Part shown: positions 52,393 through 62,539 of the stretch, piece by piece
How the letters are laid out: each line of letters opens with the position of its first letter
Position numbering within the stretch: the stretch's first letter is position 1
Source of the DNA: an uncultured Methanosarcinaceae archaeon
GTDB taxonomy: Archaea > Halobacteriota > Methanosarcinia > Methanosarcinales > Methanosarcinaceae
Direction of reading: 5' to 3'
Assembly (NCBI GenBank): GCA_963721455.1
Contig: CAVRJG010000015.1
Span: forward strand, 1 to 64,000
Length of the DNA: 64,000 nt
Notes under the pieces: generated by a model
The model's database searches: none
What the model saw: only the letters and a program-made list of their open reading frames with translations
Told to the model about the DNA's origin: nothing
Made by a program: the position numbers and the translations under genes

Positions 52393-52633
52393 TGCTTATC
52401 ACATCCTGGCCATAGGTGGCTGGCACCGCCTATGGCTATGGTGTCAAAAAACCTCATATTAGAAAGAACTACGGTTTTATCGATTTTTTAAGGAGCATAT
52501 AGAAAAGCCAGCGAGGGTTCACTTCATCCCCAACTTGAAAGTTGGGGTATTCGTGACCCTCCGCGCTCCCTAGTAATAAAAGGAAATTTATATTTATACC
52601 TGGAAAAATTTTGATGCTATTAGAAGTTTTAGC

Positions 52634-52684
52634 AATAACAAAAATAAGTAATAACAAAAATAAGTAACAACAAAAATAAGTAAC
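52634..52684. repeat. 16-bp tandem repeat A(T/C)AACAAAAATAAGTA x3
   Basis: Direct reading. Confidence 0.8.
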
Positions 52685-52758
52685 CTAAGCAAATTTTAAA
52701 TTACAAATTGTTTTTTGGATCGGTTATGATATCTAACCCCATCGTTATAAACTCTGGT

Positions 52759-52850
52759 AGATTGAGAGTAATAGGGTTTCCTCTCAATCTCTGGGTTGGA
52801 TCGCAGGTAGGGACCTGAGAATAGGGACTCGGCCCCTGCCAACTACTTCT
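52759..52850 (+). ncRNA. Two-hairpin ncRNA candidate, copy 4
   Basis: Stem AGATTGAGAG/CTCTCAATCT (compensatory change relative to copies 2 and 3) and GGTAGGG../..CCCTGCC; upstream CGGTTATGATATCTA. Confidence 0.7.
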
Positions 52851-53312
52851 AGACTAATAAACTACTTTTAAACTAATATTGCCTTTTAGCAAACACTTTC
52901 AAAAGTACTTTACACAAGCCTCTCTTTTTCTTACAATGTATTCAGCTGTAATAAAGCTTATGATTGATTTCAAACATATGCATAAATTTAATTATCCGTT
53001 TTTGTTGTGGAAAATTAGGCCTCATGCGTGCGTTTTTTAGAGATTTCCACTTCTCAAGAGCAATTTTCTGGAGAAGACAAATCTGCAAAAAAGGTATGTC
53101 TTCGAAAAAGGTATGTTTTCGAATCTCATCCTTCGCACTAAATTTGGGGATATAGGTAAATCAAAAACGCAACGCTATTGTAAAGACTATACAAAACAGC
53201 TCTTTTAAAAAGGCACTCTCTTCATAATACAATCTCTCTTTTTATACTATATGTCTAAATAAAATTCCGGCATTGACTACAAATTTAAGTTGCTAATAAT
53301 TATTGTCAAGTT

Positions 53313-53480
53313 TCAATCAAACCTGCAAATAACTTCACAAACATGACCGTATAACTCTTGCCAGAGACTAGCTTGACTATCGAGGAGTTTCAATCTTTCT
53401 TCGTAGGCCTTTCCTTCCTTTTCGTTTTCTATGTCGTTAAGCTCATTCACAATTCTTGTGACTTCTGTTAGGTCACTCAT
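53313..53480 (-). CDS. 55-aa hypothetical microprotein (MSDLTEVTRIVNELNDIENEKEGKAYEERLKLLDSQASLWQELYGHVCEVICRFD)
   Basis: Read by hand; ATG preceded by GAAGGGGTTG RBS-like sequence and an AT-rich TATA-like region near 53545. Confidence 0.55.
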   Translation of the reverse strand: MSDLTEVTRIVNELNDIENEKEGKAYEERLKLLDSQASLWQELYGHVCEVICRFD

Positions 53481-53881
53481 ACGCGATCAACCCCTTCTCG
53501 ACATTTCATTTTGTAATCTACTCTTACCTGTGATATCTTCATAATATATTACAAACAAACTATTTAAAAATATTTAAGTCATAAAATCAATTAAAATTAT
53601 TGACTTCTATACAATTCAGAAAATAATATAAAAACAAATGGAGAATGATCCAATCAGTTAGGAAATTACATACAACAGGAGAAAAGAAATCTATTCATCA
53701 GGGAGACTTTGAGCCTTTTACTTCCTGGTGTAGTAATTTGAGTGACCAATAAAGTGTCGGGTCAGGGAATCGATCCTGAAAAATTGCTTAAACATTGATG
53801 AAAAAATAATAGCAGGTAGAGAATAATTTTCCTCCGCCTGTTTATTTAAAGAAATTGGTTTTTTCTTAAATTCAATTTTTC

Positions 53882-55333
53882 TCAGATCTTAACGTTTTCT
53901 CTGGCCCACTTTGCCCCTGCTTCGAGAACCATCTGATTAAATTCGATAACTTGAGGCTTACCTGCAAAGTTTTCGGCAAGAGCTTCCTTGAAGGCTTCCT
54001 CTTCCAGGCCTGTTGCATTAAGGCCCATAAGGACTCCGAGTATAAAGGAATTGGCTGCTTTCTCAGAGCCTGCTTCTTTGGCTTTTTCGGTTGCAGGGAC
54101 TGCAATGGCTTTAACACCCGCAGGCGTCTCGGCTTCGCCTATGGACGAGTCATAGAGGATAAAGCCTCCTTCTCTGACTGCCCCTTGGAACTTTTCAAGG
54201 GAAGGGCGGTTCATAGCTACCAGGATATCCGGGGTGTAGACAGTAGGAGAGCCTATCGGCTGGCCTGAAATCACAACCGAACAATTGGATGTGCCTCCTC
54301 TCTGTTCCGGGCCATAGGACGGGAACCAGGAAGCGTTGAGGTTTGCTTTTACTCCTGCCTGGGCAAGGATAATGCCCATGCTGAGGACGCCCTGCCCTCC
54401 GAAACCTGCAATCTTGGTCTGGATCGGGGCAAAGTCCTTTCTGGAAGGTTTTTCTTCGGCACCCGCTTCAATGCCGTAAAGTTTCTCAAGGGTTTCAGTT
54501 GTAAAGTCACTGACTCCACGGTGCAGGGGTTCGGCTTCTTCGGAGTTATCCCTGAAGTTCTTGAGAGGGAATTCCTTTTCCATTTCATCATTAATGAAAC
54601 TGACAGCCTGTTCTGCATCCATCTTGAGGTTAGTCGGGCAGGCAGCAAGGACTTCGACAAAAGAATATCCTGTGCCATCACGCTGGATCTCAAGCGCCTT
54701 TCGCACGGCTTTTCTGGCTTTTCTTATATGGGAAATATCCGATACAGAAACCCTTTCAATAAAAACAGGAGCTTTCAGGTTGTCCAGAAGCTCGCACATA
54801 TGGAGAGGGTAGCCTGCAAAACGGGGGTCACGGCCTTCAGGGCATGTCGTGGTCTTTTCACCCACAAGGGTTGTCGGGGCCATCTGTCCGCCTGTCATTC
54901 CGTACACTGTGTTGTTCACGAAAAAGACTGCAAGCTTTTCACCCCTGTTCGCTGCCTGAATAGTCTCGTTCAAGCCTATCGATGCGAGATCCCCGTCTCC
55001 CTGGTAGGAGATAACCACAGCATTTTCTTCTGCCCTGGAAACCCCTGTCCCTACTGCAGGGGCACGTCCGTGGGCAACCTGGATATTGCCTGCGTCAAAG
55101 TAATAGTAAGCAAAGACCGCACAGCCCACAGGGCTGATCATAACTGTCCTGTCCTGAATCCCGAGGTCATCAATTGCTTCGGCAATAAGCTTGTGCAGAA
55201 CCCCATGCCCGCAACCAGGGCAGTAGTGAGTGGCTGTCGGGGCTGCCCCTCCTTTACGGGGGTACTCCGCATACAGGGCTTTTGGCCTTCCTATTACTTT
55301 TTCTCCGTTGATGATTTCTGCTGCCATTTTCAT
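53882..55333 (-). CDS. vorA: 2-oxoacid (ketoisovalerate):ferredoxin oxidoreductase, fused beta+gamma subunit
   Basis: [17 protein letters not shown] (TPP), [11 protein letters not shown], then AGFGGQG and SYGPEQRGG. Confidence 0.88.
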   Translation of the reverse strand: MKMAAEIINGEKVIGRPKALYAEYPRKGGAAPTATHYCPGCGHGVLHKLIAEAIDDLGIQDRTVMISPVGCAVFAYYYFDAGNIQVAHGRAPAVGTGVSRAEENAVVISYQGDGDLASIGLNETIQAANRGEKLAVFFVNNTVYGMTGGQMAPTTLVGEKTTTCPEGRDPRFAGYPLHMCELLDNLKAPVFIERVSVSDISHIRKARKAVRKALEIQRDGTGYSFVEVLAACPTNLKMDAEQAVSFINDEMEKEFPLKNFRDNSEEAEPLHRGVSDFTTETLEKLYGIEAGAEEKPSRKDFAPIQTKIAGFGGQGVLSMGIILAQAGVKANLNASWFPSYGPEQRGGTSNCSVVISGQPIGSPTVYTPDILVAMNRPSLEKFQGAVREGGFILYDSSIGEAETPAGVKAIAVPATEKAKEAGSEKAANSFILGVLMGLNATGLEEEAFKEALAENFAGKPQVIEFNQMVLEAGAKWARENVKI

Positions 55334-56385
55334 GCCTCCCCTGCAATTTTTCTGATTTTGTCCATTATCTGGTCAAGGGTGATCAGGTTCCCCCCCATAC
55401 GGTTTACCAGCTCCACAGGCTGTGAGCAGCTGATTGCAAGCCTGATATCATCCTTCATCTGCCCATTACTCATTTCAACGGCTATGAAAGAGCATCCCTT
55501 ATCTGCCAGGGCTTTCAACTGCGCCTCAGGGAACGGGAAGAGAGTTTTAGGCCTGAAAAGTCCTACCCTGATGCCTTCCTGCCTGGCAAGGTCTACGGCT
55601 GATCTGCAAATTCTGCTGCTAATCCCATAGGAAACAAGGACAATTGAGGCATCATCTGTCAGATATTCTTCATAATCCACTTCATTCTGTCTGATTAGCT
55701 CGTACTTTGCCTGTAGCTTCTCATTGAACTTTCCGAGTTCATTGAAGTCCAGGTAAATTGAGGTTATCAGGTTGGGTCTGGTTTCGGCTGTGCCGTTGAC
55801 CGCCCAGGTGGTATCAATCTCAGGGACTGTAGCTTCCTTTGGGAACTCAAGAGACTCTATCATCTGTCCAAGCACACCGTCTGCGAGTACCACAGCAGGG
55901 TTCCTGTACTTGAAGGCAAGCTCAAAGGCTTTTATGGTAAAGTCGCACATTTCCTGCACGGAATTTGGGGCAAGCACGATATTTTTGTAGTTCCCGTGCC
56001 CTCCGCCTTTTACCACCTGGTTGTAATCCGCCTGCTCAGGCCCTATATTTCCGAGGCCTGGGCCTGCTCGCATGATATCTACAATCACACAGGGAAGTTC
56101 TGCGCCAGCAAGGTAGGAGAGCCCTTCCTGCATCAGGCTGATTCCGGGGCCTGAAGAGGATGTCATGACCCTGTGCCCGGCAGATGCTCCTCCGTAGACC
56201 ATGTTAATTGCCGCTTCTTCGGATTCGGCCTGGACGAATTTTCTCCCTATTTTCGGGAAGTATTTGGATGCATCATGAAGAATCTCACTTGCCGGAGTTA
56301 TGGGATATCCGAAGAAACAGTCACATCCGGCATAAAGTGCACCGACGACCACTGCGGAGTTGCCTTTTATTAGTTGTGTTGCCAT
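55330..56385 (-). CDS. vorB: Ketoisovalerate:ferredoxin oxidoreductase alpha subunit
   Basis: GYPITP, QAESE, TSSSGPG and MRAGPGLG motifs. Confidence 0.9.
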   Translation of the reverse strand: MATQLIKGNSAVVVGALYAGCDCFFGYPITPASEILHDASKYFPKIGRKFVQAESEEAAINMVYGGASAGHRVMTSSSGPGISLMQEGLSYLAGAELPCVIVDIMRAGPGLGNIGPEQADYNQVVKGGGHGNYKNIVLAPNSVQEMCDFTIKAFELAFKYRNPAVVLADGVLGQMIESLEFPKEATVPEIDTTWAVNGTAETRPNLITSIYLDFNELGKFNEKLQAKYELIRQNEVDYEEYLTDDASIVLVSYGISSRICRSAVDLARQEGIRVGLFRPKTLFPFPEAQLKALADKGCSFIAVEMSNGQMKDDIRLAISCSQPVELVNRMGGNLITLDQIMDKIRKIAGEA

Positions 56386-56405
56386 ATTTTTCCTCCTTTT
56401 CTGCC

Positions 56406-56654
56406 TTATCTGGCTTCCTCGTCTTTCACGGGAATATGAATCTCGATTGCAAGAGGTTCAGGACAGGTATAATAGCAGCTAGCACAGCCTGAACAGCCCT
56501 CTCCTTTATACTCCACATAATGGTAGCCCCGAGCATTCAGGTTTTCACTCATGAAAAGTACGCCTTTGGGACAGGCGAGAAGGCAGCGCCCGCAGGCTTT
56601 GCACTCCAGAGTGTTGATAACAGGGTATGGTTCTTTTTTATCGTTCTTTGACAT
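56406..56654 (-). CDS. vorC: 2x[4Fe-4S] ferredoxin subunit of the oxidoreductase
   Basis: [12 protein letters not shown] and [12 protein letters not shown]. Confidence 0.88.
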   Translation of the reverse strand: MSKNDKKEPYPVINTLECKACGRCLLACPKGVLFMSENLNARGYHYVEYKGEGCSGCASCYYTCPEPLAIEIHIPVKDEEAR

Positions 56655-57086
56655 ATGGGGTCCTCATTTCGTTTATTTTTCAATTATCCTTTGGATTCTT
56701 CTCAGCTTCCAGCCCCGTACCGGAGTTCAAGGCCATCCGGAGTTTTTATTTTTCTTTTCCCGGACTTCTCCCAGTCCCTGTTTTACTCCAACCGGCTTTG
56801 TGCGACAGAAAGAAGAGCCTTCAGTTTCCACGTATTTTTCTTAAATTCTATAATTTGTTATTATACCGTACATTAAAGAAAAAATTAAGATAAATCTATA
56901 AAGTAAGTCCGAAACCGCATCTTTTTAAAGCAAACTTTTCAGAAAAAGTTAAAGGTACTTATTTCTTTCCTTTCTTTTCCTTTTTCTGATTTAATCTGAA
57001 TTCTTATTTCCTTTCTGACCAGACCCGATCCCATTTGCTTGTTTAATTTGATCTAAACTATTTTCAGGTTATTTTTTACTTCTGGT

Positions 57087-58766
57087 TTACTTCTGGTCTT
57101 TGTCCCGGATCTCAACCCTGCGGATCTTTCCGCTAATGGTCTTCGGAAGCTCATCCACAAACTCTATGATACGCGGGTACTTGTAGGGAGCAGTGACTCT
57201 TTTTACGTGTTCCTGAAGCTCTTTTTTAAGCGCTTCTCCCGGCGTGTAACCTTTAGTGAGCACAATTGTTGCCTTGATAACCTGGCCCCTTACAGGGTCC
57301 GAGGCACCTGTAATTGCACATTCGAGCACTGAAGGGTGCTGGATAAGGGCGCTTTCCACTTCAAAAGGCCCGACTTTATATCCTGAGGTCTTTATAATAT
57401 CGTCAGCTCTTCCCACAAACCACAGGTAGCCATCTTCGTCCATCCAGGCCATGTCTCCTGTATGGTAATAGCCGTCGTGCCAGGTTTCTTCAGTCTTCTC
57501 CGGGTCTTTTCCGTAGTGGACGAAGAATCCGACAGGCTTTCCTTCTTTTGTGTTGATAACGATTTCTCCTTCTTCTCCCACTTCACAGAGCCTGCCGTCC
57601 CTGTCCATAAGCTCAATTTTATAGCCCGGAGATGGCTTTCCGATAGATCCGGGTTTTGGTTCCATCCACGGGTAGGTTGCGATAGTTACAACAGTTTCAG
57701 TCTGCCCGAACCCTTCCATGAGCTTTATTCCAGTGAATTCCAGGAACCGGTTAAAAACCTCAGGGTTCAGGGGTTCGCCTGCAACGACCGCATATTTCAA
57801 TGTACCGAACTCATACTTACTGAGGTCTTCTTTGATCAGGAAGCGGTAGATTGTGGGTGGAGCACAGAAAGTTGTAACACCGAATCTGGAAGCTTTTTCA
57901 AGCATGTTTTTGGCTTCAAACCGGTCGTAGTCATAAACAAAGACCGCACAACCTGCTATCCACTGCCCATAGATCTTTCCCCATACGCATTTTCCCCAGC
58001 CGCTGTCTGCAACCGTATAATGCAGCCCGTCATCCTCTACATTCTGCCAGTATTTTGCGGTAAGAATATGTCCGAGAGGGTAGGTAAAGTCGTGTTCCAC
58101 CATCTTTGGGAAGCCCGCGGTTCCGGATGAGAAATAAACCAGAGAAATATCGTCATTTGTAGTTGCAGCCCCACCGGCAGGACGCTCAAAGTCAGGGGAA
58201 GCTTCCTCAAGCTCTTTCCTGAAATCAATCCAGCCTTCCCGCGGCTTACCTCCAACGACTGCTTTTTTAAGCGGGATATCCCTAAACTGGGAATGAGATT
58301 CGTCCACCTGCTCAGGAACTTCATCCTCTGATATGCAGACGATCATTTTCAGTCCGGCTTTTTCTATTCGGTATACGATATCTCGTGTCTTGAGCATATG
58401 GGTTGCAGGCACAGCAATGGCTCCCAGTTTATGCAATCCCAGGATACAGTACCAGAACTCATAACGGCTCTTTAAGGTAAGCATTACATAGTCGCCTTTC
58501 CCTATCCCGTGCTTTGCAAATAAATTTGCAGCCTTGTCGCTGTAGTACTTGAGGTCTTTGAAAGTAAAGGTTCTTTTTTCCCCGTTATCGTCACACCAGA
58601 TCATTGCAAGTTTCTCAGGGAAATCTCTTGCATAGGCATCGACCACGTCATAGGCAAAGTTGAAATTTTCAGGAACCAGGATTTTAAAATTTTCCTGGAA
58701 ATCCTCATAAGATTCGAAATCGGTTTTGGAAACAAATTGGTTCAGCAAGGAAGTCATTCTGGACAC
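57087..58766 (-). CDS. AMP-forming acyl-CoA synthetase
   Basis: [27 protein letters not shown] and PKTISGK motifs. Confidence 0.92.
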   Translation of the reverse strand: MSRMTSLLNQFVSKTDFESYEDFQENFKILVPENFNFAYDVVDAYARDFPEKLAMIWCDDNGEKRTFTFKDLKYYSDKAANLFAKHGIGKGDYVMLTLKSRYEFWYCILGLHKLGAIAVPATHMLKTRDIVYRIEKAGLKMIVCISEDEVPEQVDESHSQFRDIPLKKAVVGGKPREGWIDFRKELEEASPDFERPAGGAATTNDDISLVYFSSGTAGFPKMVEHDFTYPLGHILTAKYWQNVEDDGLHYTVADSGWGKCVWGKIYGQWIAGCAVFVYDYDRFEAKNMLEKASRFGVTTFCAPPTIYRFLIKEDLSKYEFGTLKYAVVAGEPLNPEVFNRFLEFTGIKLMEGFGQTETVVTIATYPWMEPKPGSIGKPSPGYKIELMDRDGRLCEVGEEGEIVINTKEGKPVGFFVHYGKDPEKTEETWHDGYYHTGDMAWMDEDGYLWFVGRADDIIKTSGYKVGPFEVESALIQHPSVLECAITGASDPVRGQVIKATIVLTKGYTPGEALKKELQEHVKRVTAPYKYPRIIEFVDELPKTISGKIRRVEIRDKDQK

Positions 58767-58881
58767 CCGTTTTATCTGCTTATATTGTTAGCTTTCTATA
58801 TTTTTGAAGGCTTAAGGGCCTGTGTGAATTTCAAAGTTTTTAAGATTTTATCCCGCATATCGGGTTTTTATCGGGTTTGAG

Positions 58882-58966
58882 ATCAAATTACTTTAAATCA
58901 AATTACTTTAAATCAAATTACTTTAAATCAAATTACTTTAAATCAAATTATTTTAAACCAAATTAT
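58882..58966. repeat. 15-bp tandem repeat ATCAAATTACTTTAA x~5.5
   Basis: Four perfect copies plus degenerate copies, no spacers. Confidence 0.9.
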
Positions 58967-58972
58967 ATTTAA

Positions 58973-59527
58973 TTACATTATAGCTGCCAGGAACTTAGCG
59001 GGCTCTCCTTCCAGAGCTTCCATGGCGTGCTTGTAAGTTGAGTCAAAATAAATGGAATCTCCTTTGTTCAGGGTAATTTCATTATTGTGGATGTAGACCT
59101 TCAGGCTTCCTTCCAGCACATAGTTAAATTCCTGCCCTGGGTGGGAGTTGGTTTCCGGCTTTGTCCCATATGGTTTGGGTTCAACCGAAACTATGAAAAA
59201 TTCAGCTTTTTTGTGAATGAAATTTTCAGCCAGGTTCTGGTACCTGTACTGCTTCCTCCTTTCAACGCTGATCCCTTTTCCGTCCCGTGTAACGGTAAAA
59301 ATATTCATGCGCGGCTCTTCACCCGTCAGGAGGGTAGCCATATCTATGCGCAGTTTGTGTGCAATTTCAAAAAGTATACTTGCCGGGATATCCTCAGTTC
59401 CACTTTCATATTTCTCGTAGGTTTCATCGGATACCTGCAGATATTCTGCCATTTCTTTGACCGTGAAATCCGATAGTTCCCGCAGTTCACGGACCCGATC
59501 TGCAATTTCTTTTATTTTTTCCTGCAT
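58973..59527 (-). CDS. XRE-family HTH + cupin transcriptional regulator
   Basis: N-terminal HTH (RVRELRE...YESG) and [12 protein letters not shown]...GDSIYFDS cupin. Confidence 0.92.
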   Translation of the reverse strand: MQEKIKEIADRVRELRELSDFTVKEMAEYLQVSDETYEKYESGTEDIPASILFEIAHKLRIDMATLLTGEEPRMNIFTVTRDGKGISVERRKQYRYQNLAENFIHKKAEFFIVSVEPKPYGTKPETNSHPGQEFNYVLEGSLKVYIHNNEITLNKGDSIYFDSTYKHAMEALEGEPAKFLAAIM

Positions 59528-59921
59528 GATATATCTTCTCCATCTGGATTTTTCAATAATTAACTTGAGATTTGCTTAAAAACCTTTGTGCTTTACCCAG
59601 GCTTAATGCTTGTTTGAAAGGAGATTTTTCTTCCAGAACCATTGAAAATTATAATTAATATACATTATCATTCATCTTTCTTCACAATTCCTATTATTTA
59701 GCATAGCAGAACTGAATCTGCAGTGAACCTGCAACTTTTAAAGATGAGCCGTTTTGTCTGGCTATCAAAAATAACCGGTTAAATTCTAATTATTTAGAAT
59801 ACAGCCGATTGAGGGGCTATTAATAAGATGCTGCCGGCTCAACTTCTCACATCGCATGGGAAAAATCAGAGATTTAAAGCTGGATCTGAGGTTAGTTCAG
59901 GTTTTATCCTGCTTTCGGCAG

Positions 59922-62064
59922 GTGCGACAAGAAGCTATGCTATGAATTGCGGAAACGCTACCTCTTCCATTTGAGGTAATCCTACTGTGACATGCATAAA
60001 TGGCAACGTTTGTGTGTGAAGCTCACAAGACAATATCAAGAAATCAAGGAGCCTGACTTTGATAATTGGTTAGGATAAGAATACTATGAAGAACGTAAAG
60101 TGAACCATCGTAAAAATCGTGAAGCAGAATGAGCGAAAACAGGTTGACACGCTCAAACCAAAAGGTATAGAATCAGGTCATAATGGATCTGCCGACATTA
60201 TGGCAAATGGACAAATGGTTCTCGGTTTACAGATGGCTTCTAAGGTATTCATATTATTCATGGTATGGAACTTGGTAAACCCTATATGCTCCTTTAAAAA
60301 AAAAGGTAGAGACCCTGTGAAGGGAATTAATTGCATAGAGGGTAGAGGATTCAAGCAAAAAGCGAATGTCATTCTGTAATGGAATGGATAGGGGTTCAAA
60401 CTTTGCCCTAGCCTGAAAGGGTGCAGACTTGCTTATTTGGTGTTCTATTGTATGAAAGGAGGCAAACTTCTGAATGTAAGTATTTCAACGATATCCTCTC
60501 AGGATAAGAAGCTTACAGACGCTTCCCTCTTCCAGAGATGGAAAACTATTGACTGGAATCAAGTAGAGAAGAGTGTTAATAAGTTGCAAACCCGAATTAC
60601 AAAAGCAGTAATGCAAAACAAATGGAACCATGTCAAGAGATTGCAGTATCTCCTAACTCATTCCTATTTCGCCAAACTCTTGGCAGTAAGAAGAGTTACT
60701 CAAAACAAAGGAAAAAGGACATCTGGAATTGATGGTGAAAAATGGCTAACTTCAAGCTCCAAAATGAAAGCTGTCCTTAGTCCTACTGGTAAAAGATACA
60801 AAGCTAAACCCCTGAAACGAGTCTTCATTAATAAGCCTGGTAAGAAGAAGAAACGTCCCTTAGGTATCCCTACAATGTATGACAGAGCTATTCAATCTTT
60901 ATATGCATTAGCTCTCGAACCCATAGCTGAAACAATGTCTGACCTGAGGTCTTTTGGATTTCGAAAGCACCGAAGTACCAAAGATGCATGTCAGCAAATC
61001 TTTTTGTGTTTAAGCAAGAAGAACTCGGCCCAATGGATCTTAGAAGGCGATATCAAAGGATGTTTCGATAATATAAATCATCAGTGGTTGTTGACTAACA
61101 TTCCTATAGAAAAATCAGTACTGACTCAATTTCTTAAAGCAGGTTTCATTTACAAACATCATCTGAATCCAACAAAAGCAGGTACGCCACAAGGTGGGAT
61201 AATCTCCCCCATTTTGGCAAATATGACATTGGACGGCATCGAGAAGTTACTTATGGCTAAATACCCAAAAAGAGGTAGTATGTCTCCCAAGGTTAACTTC
61301 ATCCGTTATGCTGATGATTTCATAGTCACTGCTAATTCAGAAGAATCTGCCAGAGAAATTAGGGACATAATTACTGCTTTTCTCAAAGAACGAGGTCTTG
61401 AACTATCTGATGACAAAACCCTGATCACAAATATTAATGAGGGCTTTGATTTTCTCGGCTGGAATTTCCGCAAGTACAATGGTAAGCTTCTGATCAAGCC
61501 TTCCAAGAAGTCCATTAAAAGGTTTACTGAAACAATCAGTCAAACCATAACGAAAGGAATGGCATGGTCTCAGGAAGTCTTAATTACCAAATTAAACCCC
61601 ATAATAAGAGGTTGGACCAATTATCACAATTCAGTGGTCTCCTCGGACGTATTCCAGATCCTTGATCATAGAATCTGGGAGCTGCTATGGATATGGGCTA
61701 AAAGAAGACATCCGAACAAATCCAAAGATTGGATTGTCAACAAATATTGGAAAAGAAGCACCTCAAGAAGATGGAATTTCAGAACCGAGAGAAATGGGTT
61801 ACTGCTTCTTTCAAAAACCAGAATCTACAGACACATTCCTTTAAAGCTGCAAATGAATCCATTTCTTGATCCGGATTATTTTCACGAACGTTCAAATAAA
61901 TTAAGTTTCCGGAAAAGTCAATCCATTTGATTAATTATTTGAAAAAAAAAAAGACTGCTGCCTGATACAGAAAAGGTTATAGAATGCTTGAGCCGGATGC
62001 GTCGAAAGGCGCACGTCCGGTTCTTAGAAGAGGGAGAGCGAGTAATCGCTCTTTCTTATTTGAC
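59922..62064 (+). mobile_element. Group II intron (IIB/chloroplast-like) with RT/maturase ORF
   Basis: 5' GTGCG; domain V GAGCCGGATGCGTCGAAAGGCGCACGTCCGGTTC (61990-62023); domain VI ending in ...TGAC; EBS1/EBS2 complementary to the 5' flank. Confidence 0.92.
60437..61930 (+). CDS. ltrA: Group II intron reverse transcriptase/maturase (no En domain evident)
   Basis: RPLGIPT, GTPQGGIISP, RYADDF, GFDFLG and domain X LNPIIRGWTNY; start uncertain (ATG at 60452 possible). Confidence 0.93.
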   Translation: MVFYCMKGGKLLNVSISTISSQDKKLTDASLFQRWKTIDWNQVEKSVNKLQTRITKAVMQNKWNHVKRLQYLLTHSYFAKLLAVRRVTQNKGKRTSGIDGEKWLTSSSKMKAVLSPTGKRYKAKPLKRVFINKPGKKKKRPLGIPTMYDRAIQSLYALALEPIAETMSDLRSFGFRKHRSTKDACQQIFLCLSKKNSAQWILEGDIKGCFDNINHQWLLTNIPIEKSVLTQFLKAGFIYKHHLNPTKAGTPQGGIISPILANMTLDGIEKLLMAKYPKRGSMSPKVNFIRYADDFIVTANSEESAREIRDIITAFLKERGLELSDDKTLITNINEGFDFLGWNFRKYNGKLLIKPSKKSIKRFTETISQTITKGMAWSQEVLITKLNPIIRGWTNYHNSVVSSDVFQILDHRIWELLWIWAKRRHPNKSKDWIVNKYWKRSTSRRWNFRTERNGLLLLSKTRIYRHIPLKLQMNPFLDPDYFHERSNKLSFRKSQSI

Positions 62065-62539
62065 GTCGACATAAAAATCCATTCAATTTTTCTATTGATA
62101 TCGTTTTTTTCAGAACATTTGAAATTCAATTTAAATCAAAAATTACTAAATGTTAACCATGACATCATTAATATATATTTGCAACAAATGAGGGAAATGA
62201 CAAATCGGATTTGACATATAGTCCTCATGACACTGATTTTTAAATGAGCCTACAAAAAATAACAATCAAGGATATATAGATGTTAGGATGTGCTTGCTGC
62301 CGAATGTAGGTTTTATCTCTTTAAAAGCAGCTTTTTAAAATTATTTTTTATTTAGCATTTTTTATACTCGGGATTATTTGAAGGTGAATAACCTGGTAAA
62401 TAGATTTTTTTCCCAGTATAATCTGTTTGGACACTTTAATTTTTATTTCTGTTTTCTAATATTTATTTAAATCAACAATTTTATATGTAATCCTTTTAAA
62501 AATAATTTCGTAAATTCCTGGATTAATGCGCGGGTTAAA

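Larger units (their letters stand above)
50131..52570 (-). mobile_element. IS200-type (tnpA-only) element interrupted by IS1182
   Basis: Y1 tnpA; terminal hairpins CCCCAACT-TGAA-AGTTGGGG (52528-52547) and ACCCCACCT-TGAA-AGGTGGGGT (split at 50153/51882). Outer boundaries are approximate. Confidence 0.8.

Noticed and set aside
48705-52850. CRISPR array interpretation of the four repeated elements
   Set aside because: Units are ~90 nt, separated by 300 bp or more of irregular sequence, each has its own promoter-like motif, and there are no cas genes in the window.
53756-53780. T-arm-like sequence (minus strand TCAGGATCGATTCCCTGA)
   Set aside because: Isolated small hairpin without an acceptor stem or D arm; not a tRNA or a clear att site.
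54521-55630. 369-aa + strand ORF overlapping vorA/vorB, and similar antisense ORFs (e.g. 43079-43810, 57462-58130, 21609-22226)
   Set aside because: Shadow ORFs opposite well-supported genes, with no recognisable motifs.
58882-58966. Short repeats as a mini-CRISPR
   Set aside because: Head-to-tail 15-bp repeats with no spacers; a simple VNTR.
60119-60399. Small ORFs at 60119-60379 and 60178-60399 (also 61984-62214)
   Set aside because: They overlap intron ribozyme domains and are likely spurious.
60437-61930. RT as part of a retron, DGR or defence system
   Set aside because: It is embedded in canonical group II intron RNA (GTGCG start, domains V and VI, EBS/IBS pairing) and has maturase domain X.
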